Origin: Candidatus Geohabitans tengchongensis
GTDB lineage: Bacteria; Sysuimicrobiota; Sysuimicrobiia; Sysuimicrobiales; Humicultoraceae
Reading direction: 5' to 3'
Assembly: GCA_031459625.1 (NCBI GenBank)
Contig: JAVKIH010000005.1
Location: 33,952 to 97,951 of the forward strand
DNA length: 64,000 nucleotides
The position numbers and the translations under genes are program-made. The notes beneath the pieces are model-generated. The model searched no databases. It had not been told where the DNA came from and was given only the letters and a program-made list of their open reading frames with translations. This document shows positions 32,610 through 44,261 of the stretch, piece after piece (within the stretch, counting starts at the first letter, position 1; the number at the start of each line of letters is the position of its first letter).

Positions 32610-33896
32610 GTGACCGCCGACCTCCTTGTCGTGAACATCGGCCAGCTCCTCACGCTGGCCCCGCGCCACCCGGGAGGCAACGACACCCCGCGGCGGGGGG
32701 CGGCGCTGGCCGATGTGGGGCTCGTCACCGGCGGGGCGCTGGCGGTGGCCGACGGGGTCGTGGTGGCCGCCGGGCCGGAGGCGGAGGTGCGGGAGGCGGC
32801 CGGCCGCGCCGCCGAGGTGGTCGACGCCGGCGGGCGGGTGGTGCTGCCGGGCTTCGTCGACCCCCACACCCACCTCCTCTTCGCCGGGTCGCGCGCCGAC
32901 GAGTTCGAGCAGCGCCTGCAGGGGCTGAGCTACCTGGAGATCGCCGCGCGCGGCGGGGGCATCCTCCGCACCGTCGCCCAGACGCGGGTGATGGGCGAGG
33001 CGGGGCTGGTGGAGCTCGGCGCGGCCCGCCTCGACAGCCTGCTGGCCTGCGGCACCACCACGGTGGAGGTGAAGAGCGGGTACGGCCTCACGGTGGAGGA
33101 CGAGCTGAAGCTCCTGCGCGCCGCCCACCGCCTGCACGCCCGCCACCACCTCGACATCGTCCCCACCTTCCTGGGCGCCCACGCCCTGCCGCCGGAGTTC
33201 GCCGGCGACGCCGACGGCTACGTGCGCCTGGTCATCGAGGAGATGCTCCCCGCCGTAATCGATGAGGACCTGGCCGAGTTCTGCGACGTCTTCTGCGAGC
33301 AGGGGGCCTTCACGCCCGAGCAGGCGCGCGCCATCCTGGAGGCCGGCCGCGCCGCCGGGCTCGTCCCCAAGCTGCACGCCGACGAGCTCTCCGACCTGGG
33401 CGGGGCGCGGCTGGCCGCCGAGGTGGGGGCGATCTCCGCCGACCACCTCCTCTGCGCCAGCGACGAGGGGCTGCGCGCCATGGCCGCCGCCGGCACCATC
33501 GGCGTCCTCCTCCCCGGCACCGCCTTCTTCCTCGGCCTCCCCTACGCACGGGCCCGCCACATGATCGCGCTGGGCGTCCCCATCGCCCTCGCCACCGACT
33601 TCAACCCGGGGACGTCGCCCACGTGGTCGATGCCCATGGCCATCGCCCTGGCCTGCGTGGGGATGCGTCTGCGCCCGGCGGAGGCCGTGGTGGCGGCGAC
33701 GCTGAACGCCGCCCACGCCGTCGGCATGGCGGAGGCGGTGGGCAGCCTGGAGCCGGGGAAGGTGGCCGACTTCCTCATCCTCGACGCCGACGACTACCGC
33801 GCGGTGGCGATGCACTTCGGGGTGAGCCTGGTGGACGAGGTCTACAAGCGCGGTCGCCGGGTCTACTCCAGCCGCGCCGGAGTGGTGCCGCCGTGA
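32610..33896 (+). CDS. hutI: Imidazolonepropionase
   Basis: PGFVDPHTH, GGGIL, EVKSGYGL, KLHADE, ATDFNPG. Confidence 0.97.
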   Translation: MTADLLVVNIGQLLTLAPRHPGGNDTPRRGAALADVGLVTGGALAVADGVVVAAGPEAEVREAAGRAAEVVDAGGRVVLPGFVDPHTHLLFAGSRADEFEQRLQGLSYLEIAARGGGILRTVAQTRVMGEAGLVELGAARLDSLLACGTTTVEVKSGYGLTVEDELKLLRAAHRLHARHHLDIVPTFLGAHALPPEFAGDADGYVRLVIEEMLPAVIDEDLAEFCDVFCEQGAFTPEQARAILEAGRAAGLVPKLHADELSDLGGARLAAEVGAISADHLLCASDEGLRAMAAAGTIGVLLPGTAFFLGLPYARARHMIALGVPIALATDFNPGTSPTWSMPMAIALACVGMRLRPAEAVVAATLNAAHAVGMAEAVGSLEPGKVADFLILDADDYRAVAMHFGVSLVDEVYKRGRRVYSSRAGVVPP

Positions 33897-33912
33897 GCGG
33901 AGGGATGGCGCC

Positions 33913-34578
33913 GTGAGCGTGGCGGAGCAGCGCGTGGGGGCGTGGCTCGAACAGCTGGCCTCCCGCGCCCCCGCACCGGGCGGGGGGAGTGCGGCCGCGC
34001 TCGCGGGGGCCCAGGCGGCGGCGCTGGTGGCCATGGTGGCGCGGCTGACGCTGCCCGCGGAGGCCGCAGAATCCCGGCAAGCCGGACAGGCCGCCGCAGG
34101 GGCTGCCGACGCGCCGGCGGAGGCGGCGGGGGCACTGGCCGACGCCGAGCGGCTGCGCGCGGCGCTGGTACGGGCGGCCGACGAGGACGCTCGGGCCTTC
34201 GAGGCGGTGATGGCGGCCTACCGCCTGCCGCGCTCGACCGACGAGGAGCGGGCCCGCCGGCGTGAGGCGGTGCAGGCGGCCCTGCACATGGCTACCGCCG
34301 TCCCGCTGCGGACGGCAGCGGCCGCGGTGGAGGTGCTGGAGACCGCCCGGCGCCTGGCCCCGGTGGCCAACCCCCATGCCGCCAGCGACCTGGGCGTGGC
34401 GGCGCACCTGGCGGCGGCGGCGGCCGAGGGGGCGTTGCTGAACGTGGCCATCAACCTGAAGGGCCTGCGCGACGGCGAGGAGGTCGACCGGCTGCGTCGC
34501 GAGGCCGCCGAGGTCCGGCGCCGGGCGCAGGCGCTCCGGGAGGCGGTCGTGCGCGTCGTGGAGGCGTCCCTGGCGTGA
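33913..34578 (+). CDS. Formiminotetrahydrofolate cyclodeaminase / cyclohydrolase family protein
   Basis: LAS.APAPGGGSAAA, MVARLT, SDLGVA, NVAINL; lies in the hut cluster. Confidence 0.9.
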   Translation: MSVAEQRVGAWLEQLASRAPAPGGGSAAALAGAQAAALVAMVARLTLPAEAAESRQAGQAAAGAADAPAEAAGALADAERLRAALVRAADEDARAFEAVMAAYRLPRSTDEERARRREAVQAALHMATAVPLRTAAAAVEVLETARRLAPVANPHAASDLGVAAHLAAAAAEGALLNVAINLKGLRDGEEVDRLRREAAEVRRRAQALREAVVRVVEASLA

Positions 34579-35435
34579 GCGAGGTCCGCCCCGGCACCCG
34601 GCGCTGGACGGTCCACCGCGTCGAGCACGCCACCTCGACGAACGACCTCCTGCGCACGATGGCCATGGCGGGGGCGCCATCCGGGACGGTGGTGGTGGCG
34701 CGCACCCAGAGCGCCGGGCGCGGGCGGCTGGGGCGCACCTGGGCGTCCCCGCCCGGCGGGTTGTGGTGCTCGGTGCTCCTGGAGCTGCCGGACGTCCCCT
34801 CGCGGCTGCCGCTGCTCGTGGCCGTGGCGGCGGCCGACGCGGCGCGGGCGGTGAGCGGGGCGGACGTGCGCGTGAAGTGGCCCAACGACCTCGTCCTGGC
34901 CGGGCGCAAGGTGGGCGGCATCCTGGTGGAGGCCCTCCCGCCGCACGCCGTGGTGGGGATCGGCCTGAACGTGCGCGTCGACCTGGCCGCGCTGCCGCCG
35001 GAGGTGCGCGCGGAGGCCGGCTCGCTGCTCCCGGCGGGGGGGTCACGCGAGGCGGAAGCGTCACGCCGGACGGGAGCGTACGCTCCGGCCACGGCGGAGG
35101 GTGTCGACCCGGACGAGGTGGACGAGGTGGTGGAGGCCGCGCTGGACCGACTGCTCGGTGCGCTGGCCCAAGTGCACGACGCCGAGCGCGCGGGCCGCGG
35201 CGACGAGGTGCTGGCGCGCTGGCGCCACCTGTGCGTCACGCTGGGGCAACCGGTGCGGGTGGCCACGGGCCGCGAGGTGGTGGAGGGGGAGGCGGTGGAC
35301 GTCGATCCGGCCGGTGCGCTGGTCGTGCGCACACCAGGCGGTGTGCGGCGCCTCGTCGCCGGGGAGGTCACCCAGGTGCGGCCGGGCGAGGGTGGCCACC
35401 CCGGGGGCGTCTCCCCGCGCAGCTCCCATGAGTGA
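34575..35435 (+). CDS. birA: Biotin-protein ligase (no HTH)
   Basis: STND, QSAGRGRLGRTW, KWPND, KVGGIL. Confidence 0.93.
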   Translation: MSEVRPGTRRWTVHRVEHATSTNDLLRTMAMAGAPSGTVVVARTQSAGRGRLGRTWASPPGGLWCSVLLELPDVPSRLPLLVAVAAADAARAVSGADVRVKWPNDLVLAGRKVGGILVEALPPHAVVGIGLNVRVDLAALPPEVRAEAGSLLPAGGSREAEASRRTGAYAPATAEGVDPDEVDEVVEAALDRLLGALAQVHDAERAGRGDEVLARWRHLCVTLGQPVRVATGREVVEGEAVDVDPAGALVVRTPGGVRRLVAGEVTQVRPGEGGHPGGVSPRSSHE

Positions 35436-36393
35436 CCAGGAGGGGCAGGTCTCCGTGAGTGACCACGAGGGGCTGACCGCCGTTCCAGGCATCCGCGTGG
35501 GCCACGCCACCGACCGGGACGGTGGCACCGGGTGCACGGTGGTCCTCTGCGAGGCGGGGGCGCTGGCCGCCGGCGAAGTGCGCGGGTGGGCGCCGGGGAC
35601 TCGGGAAACCGACCTCCTGCGGCCCGGGATGCTCGTGGAGCAGGTCCACGCCGTCCTCCTCACCGGTGGGAGCGCCTTCGGGCTGGCGGCGACGGACGGT
35701 GTGGTGCGGTGGCTGGAGGAGCGTGGGGTCGGCTTCGACGCCGGCGTGGCCCGGGTGCCCATCGTTCCCGCGGCCGTCCTCTTCGACCTGGCGGTGGGGC
35801 GCGCCGACGCCCGCCCGACGCCTGAGATGGCCTACGCCGCCTGCCTGGCCGCCACCGACGGACCGGTGGCGGAGGGGCGCGTGGGGGCGGGTACCGGGGC
35901 CACCGTGGGGAAGCTCCTCGGGCCGGCCGGCGCGATGCCCGGCGGGGTGGGCACGGTTGCGCTCCGCCTGGCCGGGGACGTGCGCGTGGCGGCGCTGGCG
36001 GTCGTGAACGCGTTCGGGGACGTCCGCGACCCGCACACCGGCAGGATCGTCGCCGGCGCGCGCCTGCCCGACGGCCGCTTCCTCGACACGGCCGCAGCGC
36101 TGCTGACCTGGGAGGGCGACCTGACCTTCGGCCGCCCGGGGACGAGCACGACGCTCGTGGTGGTGGCCACCGATGCCCTGCTCACGCGCGACGAAGCCAC
36201 CCGTGTCGCCGCCCAGGCGCACGACGGACTGGCCCGTGCGGTCTCCCCGGCCCACACGCTCTTCGACGGGGACGCGGTCTTCGTGCTCTCCACGGGGCGC
36301 GGACGGGCGCACCCGCTGGCGGTGGCGGCGGCCGCGGCCGAAGCGACGGCGCGGGCGATCGTGCGGGCGGTCCAGGCGGCGGCGCGGGCCTAG
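35428..36393 (+). CDS. P1/S58 family peptidase (DmpA-like)
   Basis: VPGIRVGH, PGTRETDLL, LTGGSAFGL, GAGTGA, DGDAVF; alternative GTG start at 35455. Confidence 0.9.
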   Translation: MSDQEGQVSVSDHEGLTAVPGIRVGHATDRDGGTGCTVVLCEAGALAAGEVRGWAPGTRETDLLRPGMLVEQVHAVLLTGGSAFGLAATDGVVRWLEERGVGFDAGVARVPIVPAAVLFDLAVGRADARPTPEMAYAACLAATDGPVAEGRVGAGTGATVGKLLGPAGAMPGGVGTVALRLAGDVRVAALAVVNAFGDVRDPHTGRIVAGARLPDGRFLDTAAALLTWEGDLTFGRPGTSTTLVVVATDALLTRDEATRVAAQAHDGLARAVSPAHTLFDGDAVFVLSTGRGRAHPLAVAAAAAEATARAIVRAVQAAARA

Positions 36394-36394
36394 C

Positions 36395-36431
36395 CCGTGA
36401 CGCACCGAACAGAACTGGGTCCGGGCCCGGT
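36395..36431. repeat. Palindromic intergenic element, copy 1
   Basis: ccgtgacgcACCGAACAGaACTGGGtCCGGgCCCgGT; second copy at 40500-40544. Confidence 0.7.
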
Positions 36432-36675
36432 CAATCGAGATATGGACAGTTTGTTCCCATCATGAACAGACTGCCCGCGCGCCAGTGGAGCGTCGGGCCC
36501 TCCCGTTCCGCATCCGGCTTGCCCGCGGGACACCGACGCAGTAGGCTGAACGCAGCCGGCATCCCCCAGGGAGCCGGACTGGACAGACCCGCATTCGCTG
36601 CGAGCCCTGTCCGGTATCTGCTGGAGCCGTCCCGCACGGACGGCTCGAGCGCAGAACTGGAACGGAGGGATCACC

Positions 36676-37461
36676 ATGGCCCACGCCCGCCTCGCCCCCC
36701 CGCCTGCACGCTGGGGGGTCCGCCTCACGCCCCGGGACATCACGGTGAGCGGCGCCCTCGGTGCCGTGGCCGTCGTGCTCGGGCTCGTCCCCGGGCTCGG
36801 CTTCATCCCCGCCCCCACGCCGGCCGGGAGCGCCACGACCATGCACATCCCGGTGATCATCGCCGCCGTGCTGGAAGGTCCCGTCGTGGGGGCGCTCGTC
36901 GGCGCCATCTTCGGGGCCTTCTCCTTCACCCGGGCGACCATCCCCATCTTCAAGCAGCCGCTCATCGCCTTCGGCCCGCGCATCCTCATCGGGGTGGTGG
37001 CCTTCCTGGTCTTCCGCGCGCTGGCCGCCCGGCACGCCCGCCTCTTCGCCGCGGCCGCGGTGGGCGCGGGGATCTACACGATCCTCGGCCCCGGGGCGGT
37101 GCGCTTCCTGGCCGCGCTGGCGGCGGGACGGATCCAGCCCAACTGGCTCGTGGAGGGCTACCGCACCGTGGCCGCGGCCACCGCCTCGTCGCTCTGGCTG
37201 CCGGTGGCGGCGGGGGTGGCCTCCGCCCTCCTCGCCCATGCGCTGCTGCGCGGGGAGAACGCCGCCCCGGCGGCGGCCGCGGTGGCCGGGACGCTCACCA
37301 ACACCGTGGGGGTGCTCACGCTGGCGGTGCTCTTCGGCTTCCTGCCCGCCGGCGCCGCCGTCCTCGTCGGGGCGACCCACGGCCTCCCCGAGGTGATCCT
37401 GGCCGTGCTCGTCACCGTCCCGGTCTACCGCGCCGTCACGGCCATGCGCGGCGGCGCCTGA
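36676..37461 (+). CDS. ECF transporter S component, PanT-like (probably pantothenate)
   Basis: LGFIP...ATTMHIPVIIAAVLEGP..G, PRILIG, GTLTNTVGVL; directly upstream of coaX. Confidence 0.85.
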   Translation: MAHARLAPPPARWGVRLTPRDITVSGALGAVAVVLGLVPGLGFIPAPTPAGSATTMHIPVIIAAVLEGPVVGALVGAIFGAFSFTRATIPIFKQPLIAFGPRILIGVVAFLVFRALAARHARLFAAAAVGAGIYTILGPGAVRFLAALAAGRIQPNWLVEGYRTVAAATASSLWLPVAAGVASALLAHALLRGENAAPAAAAVAGTLTNTVGVLTLAVLFGFLPAGAAVLVGATHGLPEVILAVLVTVPVYRAVTAMRGGA

Positions 37462-37487
37462 GGCCGCGCCGGGGAGGGGTCGAGCCG

Positions 37488-38303
37488 ATGGCGTCCGGGC
37501 TGCTCCTCGCGGTGAACATCAACAACACCCTGATCAAGCTGGCGCTGTACCGGGGCGCGGACCTCCTCCACCACTGGCGCATCGCCACCGACCGGCACAA
37601 GACCGCGGACGAGTACGCCATGCTGCTGCGGGCGCTCTTCACCTCCGGGGGGGCGGCCTTCGGGGACGTCGGGGGCGTGGCCATCGCCTCGGTCGTCCCG
37701 CCGCTGATGGACACGATGGAGCGCCTCTGCCGCCAGTACCTGGGGCAGGTCCCGCTGGTGGTGGGGCCCGGGGTGCGCACGGGCATGCGCATCCTCTACG
37801 AGAACCCCAAGGAGGTGGGGGCGGACCGCATCTGCAACGCCGTCGCCGCCTACGCCCGCTACGGCGGGCCGGTCATCGTCGTCGACCTGGGCACGGCCAC
37901 GACCTTCTCGGTGGTCTCGGCGGAGGGGGACTTCCTCGGCGGCGCCATCGCCCCGGGGGTGGGCATCTCCGTGGAGGCGCTGGCCGAGCACGCCGCCCAG
38001 CTCCACCGCGTGGAGCTGGTGCGGCCGCGCACGGCCATCGGCCGGTCGACGGTGGCGGCGATGCAGTCGGGGATCTTCTTCGGCTTCGTCGGGCAGGTGG
38101 AGGAGTTGCTGAGGCGCATGCAGGAGGAACTGGGTCGGCCGGCGGTGACCGTGGCCACCGGGGGGTGGGCGGAGCTGATCCTGCAGGAGTGTCGCAGCAT
38201 CATGCACCACGAGCCGCTGCTGGCCCTGGAGGGCCTGCGTCTGATCTACGAGCGCAACCGGGAACCCGCACCGGCGCGCCCCTCGGGCGAGGGGCGGCTG
38301 TGA
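37488..38303 (+). CDS. coaX: Type III pantothenate kinase
   Basis: SVVP, NPKEVGADR, VDLGTATT, GGAIAPG, ATGG, L.LEGL; the first motif is atypical (NINNT). Confidence 0.92.
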   Translation: MASGLLLAVNINNTLIKLALYRGADLLHHWRIATDRHKTADEYAMLLRALFTSGGAAFGDVGGVAIASVVPPLMDTMERLCRQYLGQVPLVVGPGVRTGMRILYENPKEVGADRICNAVAAYARYGGPVIVVDLGTATTFSVVSAEGDFLGGAIAPGVGISVEALAEHAAQLHRVELVRPRTAIGRSTVAAMQSGIFFGFVGQVEELLRRMQEELGRPAVTVATGGWAELILQECRSIMHHEPLLALEGLRLIYERNREPAPARPSGEGRL

Positions 38304-38325
38304 TCGCCGCCTGCGAGGGGCGACC

Positions 38326-39357
38326 GTGATCGCCGCCTCCCCTCCGTCCCCCGCGCCCGTCGGGGACGACGCGGCGCGGCCGCTGCGCGTGGTCTCGGTG
38401 AGCCTGGGCTCGCCCGCCCGCGACTACCGCCTCACGTTGCGGGTGCTGGGGCGCGAGGTGGTGGCCGAGCGGATCGGCGTGCCGGACCTGGCCGCCTACG
38501 GCCGGATGCTGCGTGCCCTCGACGGCCAGGTGGACGTCCTGGCCATCGGCGGGGCCAACTTGGCCCTCACGGTGGGTCACCGCCGCTACCCCATCCGCGA
38601 CATCGCCCGCCTGGTGCGGGGCCTGCGCACGCCGGTGGTGGACGGCGGGGCGCTGAAGAGCCTGCTGGAGCGCCGGCTCGTGCTGGAGTGGTTGCCGCGG
38701 GAGCACGGGGTGGACCTGCGCGGGCGGCGGGTGCTGCTGGTGAGCGCGGTCGACCGCTACGGGCTGGCCGAGGCCTTCACCCGGGCCGGCAGCGACGTGC
38801 GCTTCGGCGACCTCATGTTCGCGCTGGGCCTGCCGGTCCTGCTGCGGGGGCTGGGGACGGTGCGCGTGCTGGCGGCGCTGGCGCTGCCCGTGATCACGCG
38901 CCTGCCCTTCACCTGGCTCTACCCCACCGGCGCCCGGCAGGAGGAGATCGTCCCGCGTTTCGCCGGCGCCTACGCCTGGGCCGAGGTGCTGGCCGGGGAC
39001 TTCCTCTACATCCGCCGGCACATGCCCGAGGACCTCGGCGGGAAGCTCGTCTTCACCAACACCCTCACCGCCGCTGACGTGGAGGCGCTGCGCCGCCGCG
39101 GCGTGTGGATGGTCGTCACCTCCACGCCCGAGCTCGGCGGCGGCCGCTCGCCGGGGACGAACCTGGTGCAGGCGATCCTGGTGGCGGTCTCAGGGCGGCG
39201 GCCCGAGGAGCTCGCGCCGCAAGACTACCTGACGTTGATGGCCCGGGCGGGCTTCCGGCCGCGGGTCGAAGTGCTCAACCTGGAGCGGGCCTGGGCGCCG
39301 CAGCCCGGGACCGCGCCGGTCCGCGGGCCGCACCCGGCGGCCGGGGCGCCCTCATGA
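38326..39357 (+). CDS. Conserved hypothetical protein of unknown function
   Basis: VVSVSLGS..RD, TPVVDG..LK, SAVDRYG, GDLMFALG, AGDF.YIRRHMP, GTN; coupled to the next gene by ATGA. Confidence 0.75.
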   Translation: MIAASPPSPAPVGDDAARPLRVVSVSLGSPARDYRLTLRVLGREVVAERIGVPDLAAYGRMLRALDGQVDVLAIGGANLALTVGHRRYPIRDIARLVRGLRTPVVDGGALKSLLERRLVLEWLPREHGVDLRGRRVLLVSAVDRYGLAEAFTRAGSDVRFGDLMFALGLPVLLRGLGTVRVLAALALPVITRLPFTWLYPTGARQEEIVPRFAGAYAWAEVLAGDFLYIRRHMPEDLGGKLVFTNTLTAADVEALRRRGVWMVVTSTPELGGGRSPGTNLVQAILVAVSGRRPEELAPQDYLTLMARAGFRPRVEVLNLERAWAPQPGTAPVRGPHPAAGAPS

Positions 39358-40445
39358 CGGCACCCGGGCGCTTCGCCTTCGTCCTCCACCCGCTGCGGGT
39401 GGAGGACTTCGCCCGCAAGTTCGGCGTGCTGCGGCGCGCGCCCGGCCCGCTGCTGGAGTGGGCGGCGCGGTTCGTCCCCCCGCTGGTCGCCTCGCGCATC
39501 ACCGGGATCCGCTCGCCCACGGGGGCGACGGCGGAGGGGTGGTTCATCGGGCTGCCGCTCACCACGCGCGTCCTGCTGGCCAGCCCGCCCGAGTTCGTCT
39601 ACCGCCGTCTGGCGCAGTGCGGGGCCCTGGCCGAACGCCTGGGCGCGGGCATCATGGGGCTGGCCGCCTTCACCAAGGTGGTGGGCGACGGCGGGGTGAC
39701 GGTGGCCGAGCGCGTGCGCATCGGCGTCACCACCGGCAACGCCTACACCGCCGGGACGGCGGTGGAGGCGGCGTGGCTGGCGGCGGAGCGGCTGGGGAGG
39801 GGGCCGGCGCAGGCCCACGTGGTCATGGTGGGGGCCACGGGGGCCATCGGCGCGGCGGTGAGCCGGCTGGTGGCCCCGCAGGCGGCGCGGCTGACGCTGG
39901 TGGCGCGCACCCCCGACCGCCTGGAGGCGCTGGCCGCCGACCTGCGCAAGACGGCGCGCGACGTCGCCACCGCCGCCGACCCCCGCCGCGCGGTGCGCGA
40001 CGGCGACATCGTCTTCACCGTCACGTCGGCCACCGAGCCGCTCATCGAGCCCGAGGACCTGCGGCCCGGCGCGGTGGTCTGCGACGTGGCCCGCCCCCGC
40101 AACGTCTCCCGCCTGGTCTACGAGCGGCGGGGGGACGTGCTGGTGATCGACGGCGGCGTCATCGAGGTGCCGGGAGAGCCGGACTTCGGCCTGGACTTCG
40201 GCCTCCCGCCGCGCATGGTGGAGGCGTGCATGGCCGAGACGATGATCTTGGCGCTGGAGCGGCGGTACGCCGACTACACGGTGGGGCGGGCCATCAGCGT
40301 GGCGCAGGTGGAGGAGATCCTGGCGTTGGGGCGCCGCCACGGCTTCCGCGTCGCCGGGTTCCGCCGCTTCGAGCGGGCCATCCCGGACGAGGAGGTGGAG
40401 CGCATCCGCACCCGCGCCGTCCGCGCCTCCGGGGTGGTCGGATGA
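39354..40445 (+). CDS. NAD(P)-dependent reductase, COG5322 / acyl-ACP-reductase-like
   Basis: FAFVLHP, TTGNAYTA, GATGAIG, DVARPRN, IDGG, ACMAETMILALE. Confidence 0.8.
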   Translation: MTAPGRFAFVLHPLRVEDFARKFGVLRRAPGPLLEWAARFVPPLVASRITGIRSPTGATAEGWFIGLPLTTRVLLASPPEFVYRRLAQCGALAERLGAGIMGLAAFTKVVGDGGVTVAERVRIGVTTGNAYTAGTAVEAAWLAAERLGRGPAQAHVVMVGATGAIGAAVSRLVAPQAARLTLVARTPDRLEALAADLRKTARDVATAADPRRAVRDGDIVFTVTSATEPLIEPEDLRPGAVVCDVARPRNVSRLVYERRGDVLVIDGGVIEVPGEPDFGLDFGLPPRMVEACMAETMILALERRYADYTVGRAISVAQVEEILALGRRHGFRVAGFRRFERAIPDEEVERIRTRAVRASGVVG

Positions 40446-40499
40446 GGAGGGTGCGGGCAGGGCGCCGGTATCCACCGGGCACGTCGCGCGAGCTCCCCG

Positions 40500-40544
40500 A
40501 CCGAACAGGACTGGGCCCGGACCCAGTGGCCGTGACGCACGAAC
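40500..40544. repeat. Palindromic intergenic element, copy 2
   Basis: ACCGAACAGgACTGGGcCCGGaCCCAGT followed by ccgtgacgcacgaac. Confidence 0.7.
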
Positions 40545-40673
40545 GGCCGCGTACGCCGTCCAAGTGGCGCGCGCGCCGGGCGGAGCGGCGGATGGGGTCC
40601 CCGCGCGTCGCACAGACGAGGGAGGCGGGTCCGCGGCTGGAGAGGGTGGCCCGGCGCTGAGACCGGCCGCTGC

Positions 40674-40703
40674 TTGACGCCCGCGCGGCGCCTCGCCTAT
40701 ACT
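40674..40703 (+). promoter_or_regulatory. Sigma70 promoter of greA
   Basis: TTGACG, 18 nt spacer, TATACT. Confidence 0.65.
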
Positions 40704-40858
40704 GACCGACGCGTAGGCCCGTCCCGGGCCTACTTTCTGTTCCCCCCGGCCCGCCCGTGCACGGGTGGCCGCATCCGACGTGGCGCGCGAGCGTCACGGT
40801 CGACGTCTGCCAGGGGGAGGTCGTCCCGGGCAGGAGGGCGGGCATCCCGGTGGAGCGT

Positions 40859-41344
40859 ATGGTCGACAAGGGTGAGAAGGAGACGATCCTGACCCCGGAG
40901 GGGCTGCGCCGGCTCGAGGAAGAGCTGGAGCACCTCAAGGTCGTGCGGCGCAAGGAGATCGCCGAGCGCATCAAGGCGGCCAAGGACTTCGGCGACCTCG
41001 CCGAGAACGCCGAGTACGAGGACGCCAAGAACGAGCAGGCCTTCGTGGAGGGGCGCATCCTCCAGCTGGAGGCCATTCTGCGCAACGCCCGCGTCATCGA
41101 CGGGAACGACCGCAAGACCGACGAGGTCACCGTCGGCTGCACCGTCACCCTGCAGGACCTCAGCAACGGCGAGCGGCTCACCTACACCATCGTCGGGTCG
41201 GCGGAGGCCGACCCGACGCATGACCGGATCAGCAACGAGTCGCCCGTGGGCCGGGCCCTGCTCGGCCGGAAGAAGGGCGAGACGGTCGAGATCCAGGTTC
41301 CCGCCGGCACCCTGCGCTACACCGTCCTCGATGTGCGCGGGTGA
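40859..41344 (+). CDS. greA: Transcription elongation factor GreA
   Basis: LTPEG, GDLAENAEYEDAK, ISNESPVGRALLG. Confidence 0.97.
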   Translation: MVDKGEKETILTPEGLRRLEEELEHLKVVRRKEIAERIKAAKDFGDLAENAEYEDAKNEQAFVEGRILQLEAILRNARVIDGNDRKTDEVTVGCTVTLQDLSNGERLTYTIVGSAEADPTHDRISNESPVGRALLGRKKGETVEIQVPAGTLRYTVLDVRG

Positions 41345-41676
41345 CCCTCCCGGCCCCAGGCTCCCTCTGAGTTCCCCGGTGCTGCCTGCGACGGTGCGCG
41401 CCGCCCCCTCCCCCGAGTTGGGTATGTAGAAGGCGGGGGTGGGGAATGGGGTGGAGCGCCGGAGCGTAGTACCATAGATGATGGCGGGATCGGCTGACGG
41501 ATCTCCGTCAGGCGGTTGTGCTCGCCGGATCCGCCGTCCGATAGAGGGGCTGGCGGCAGGAGTGAACTTCGGGCACCCAGAATTCGTTGGCCTAATCGGC
41601 CGGAGCGGTCCCGGCGCCACTCCTGCCGGCTCCCCCGGGCGGGATCCCCTCCGCGCCTGGCGGAGAGGAGGACGTC

Positions 41677-44133
<2,457 letters not shown>

Positions 44134-44162
44134 CCCCCGCGGAGCCCCGCGCGCTGTGCGAC

Positions 44163-44198
44163 CGACGACCCGGGCCCACCGCCCGGGTCGTCGCTTTG
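44163..44198 (+). terminator. Probable terminator after clpC
   Basis: cgacgacccgggc-ccacc-gcccgggtcgtcg followed by cttt. Confidence 0.6.
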
Positions 44199-44261
44199 CG
44201 GCTGCGCCACGGGAGGGGAGGAAACCTGCCCCCCGCCGCCGATAGAAGGAGAGGACCGCCC

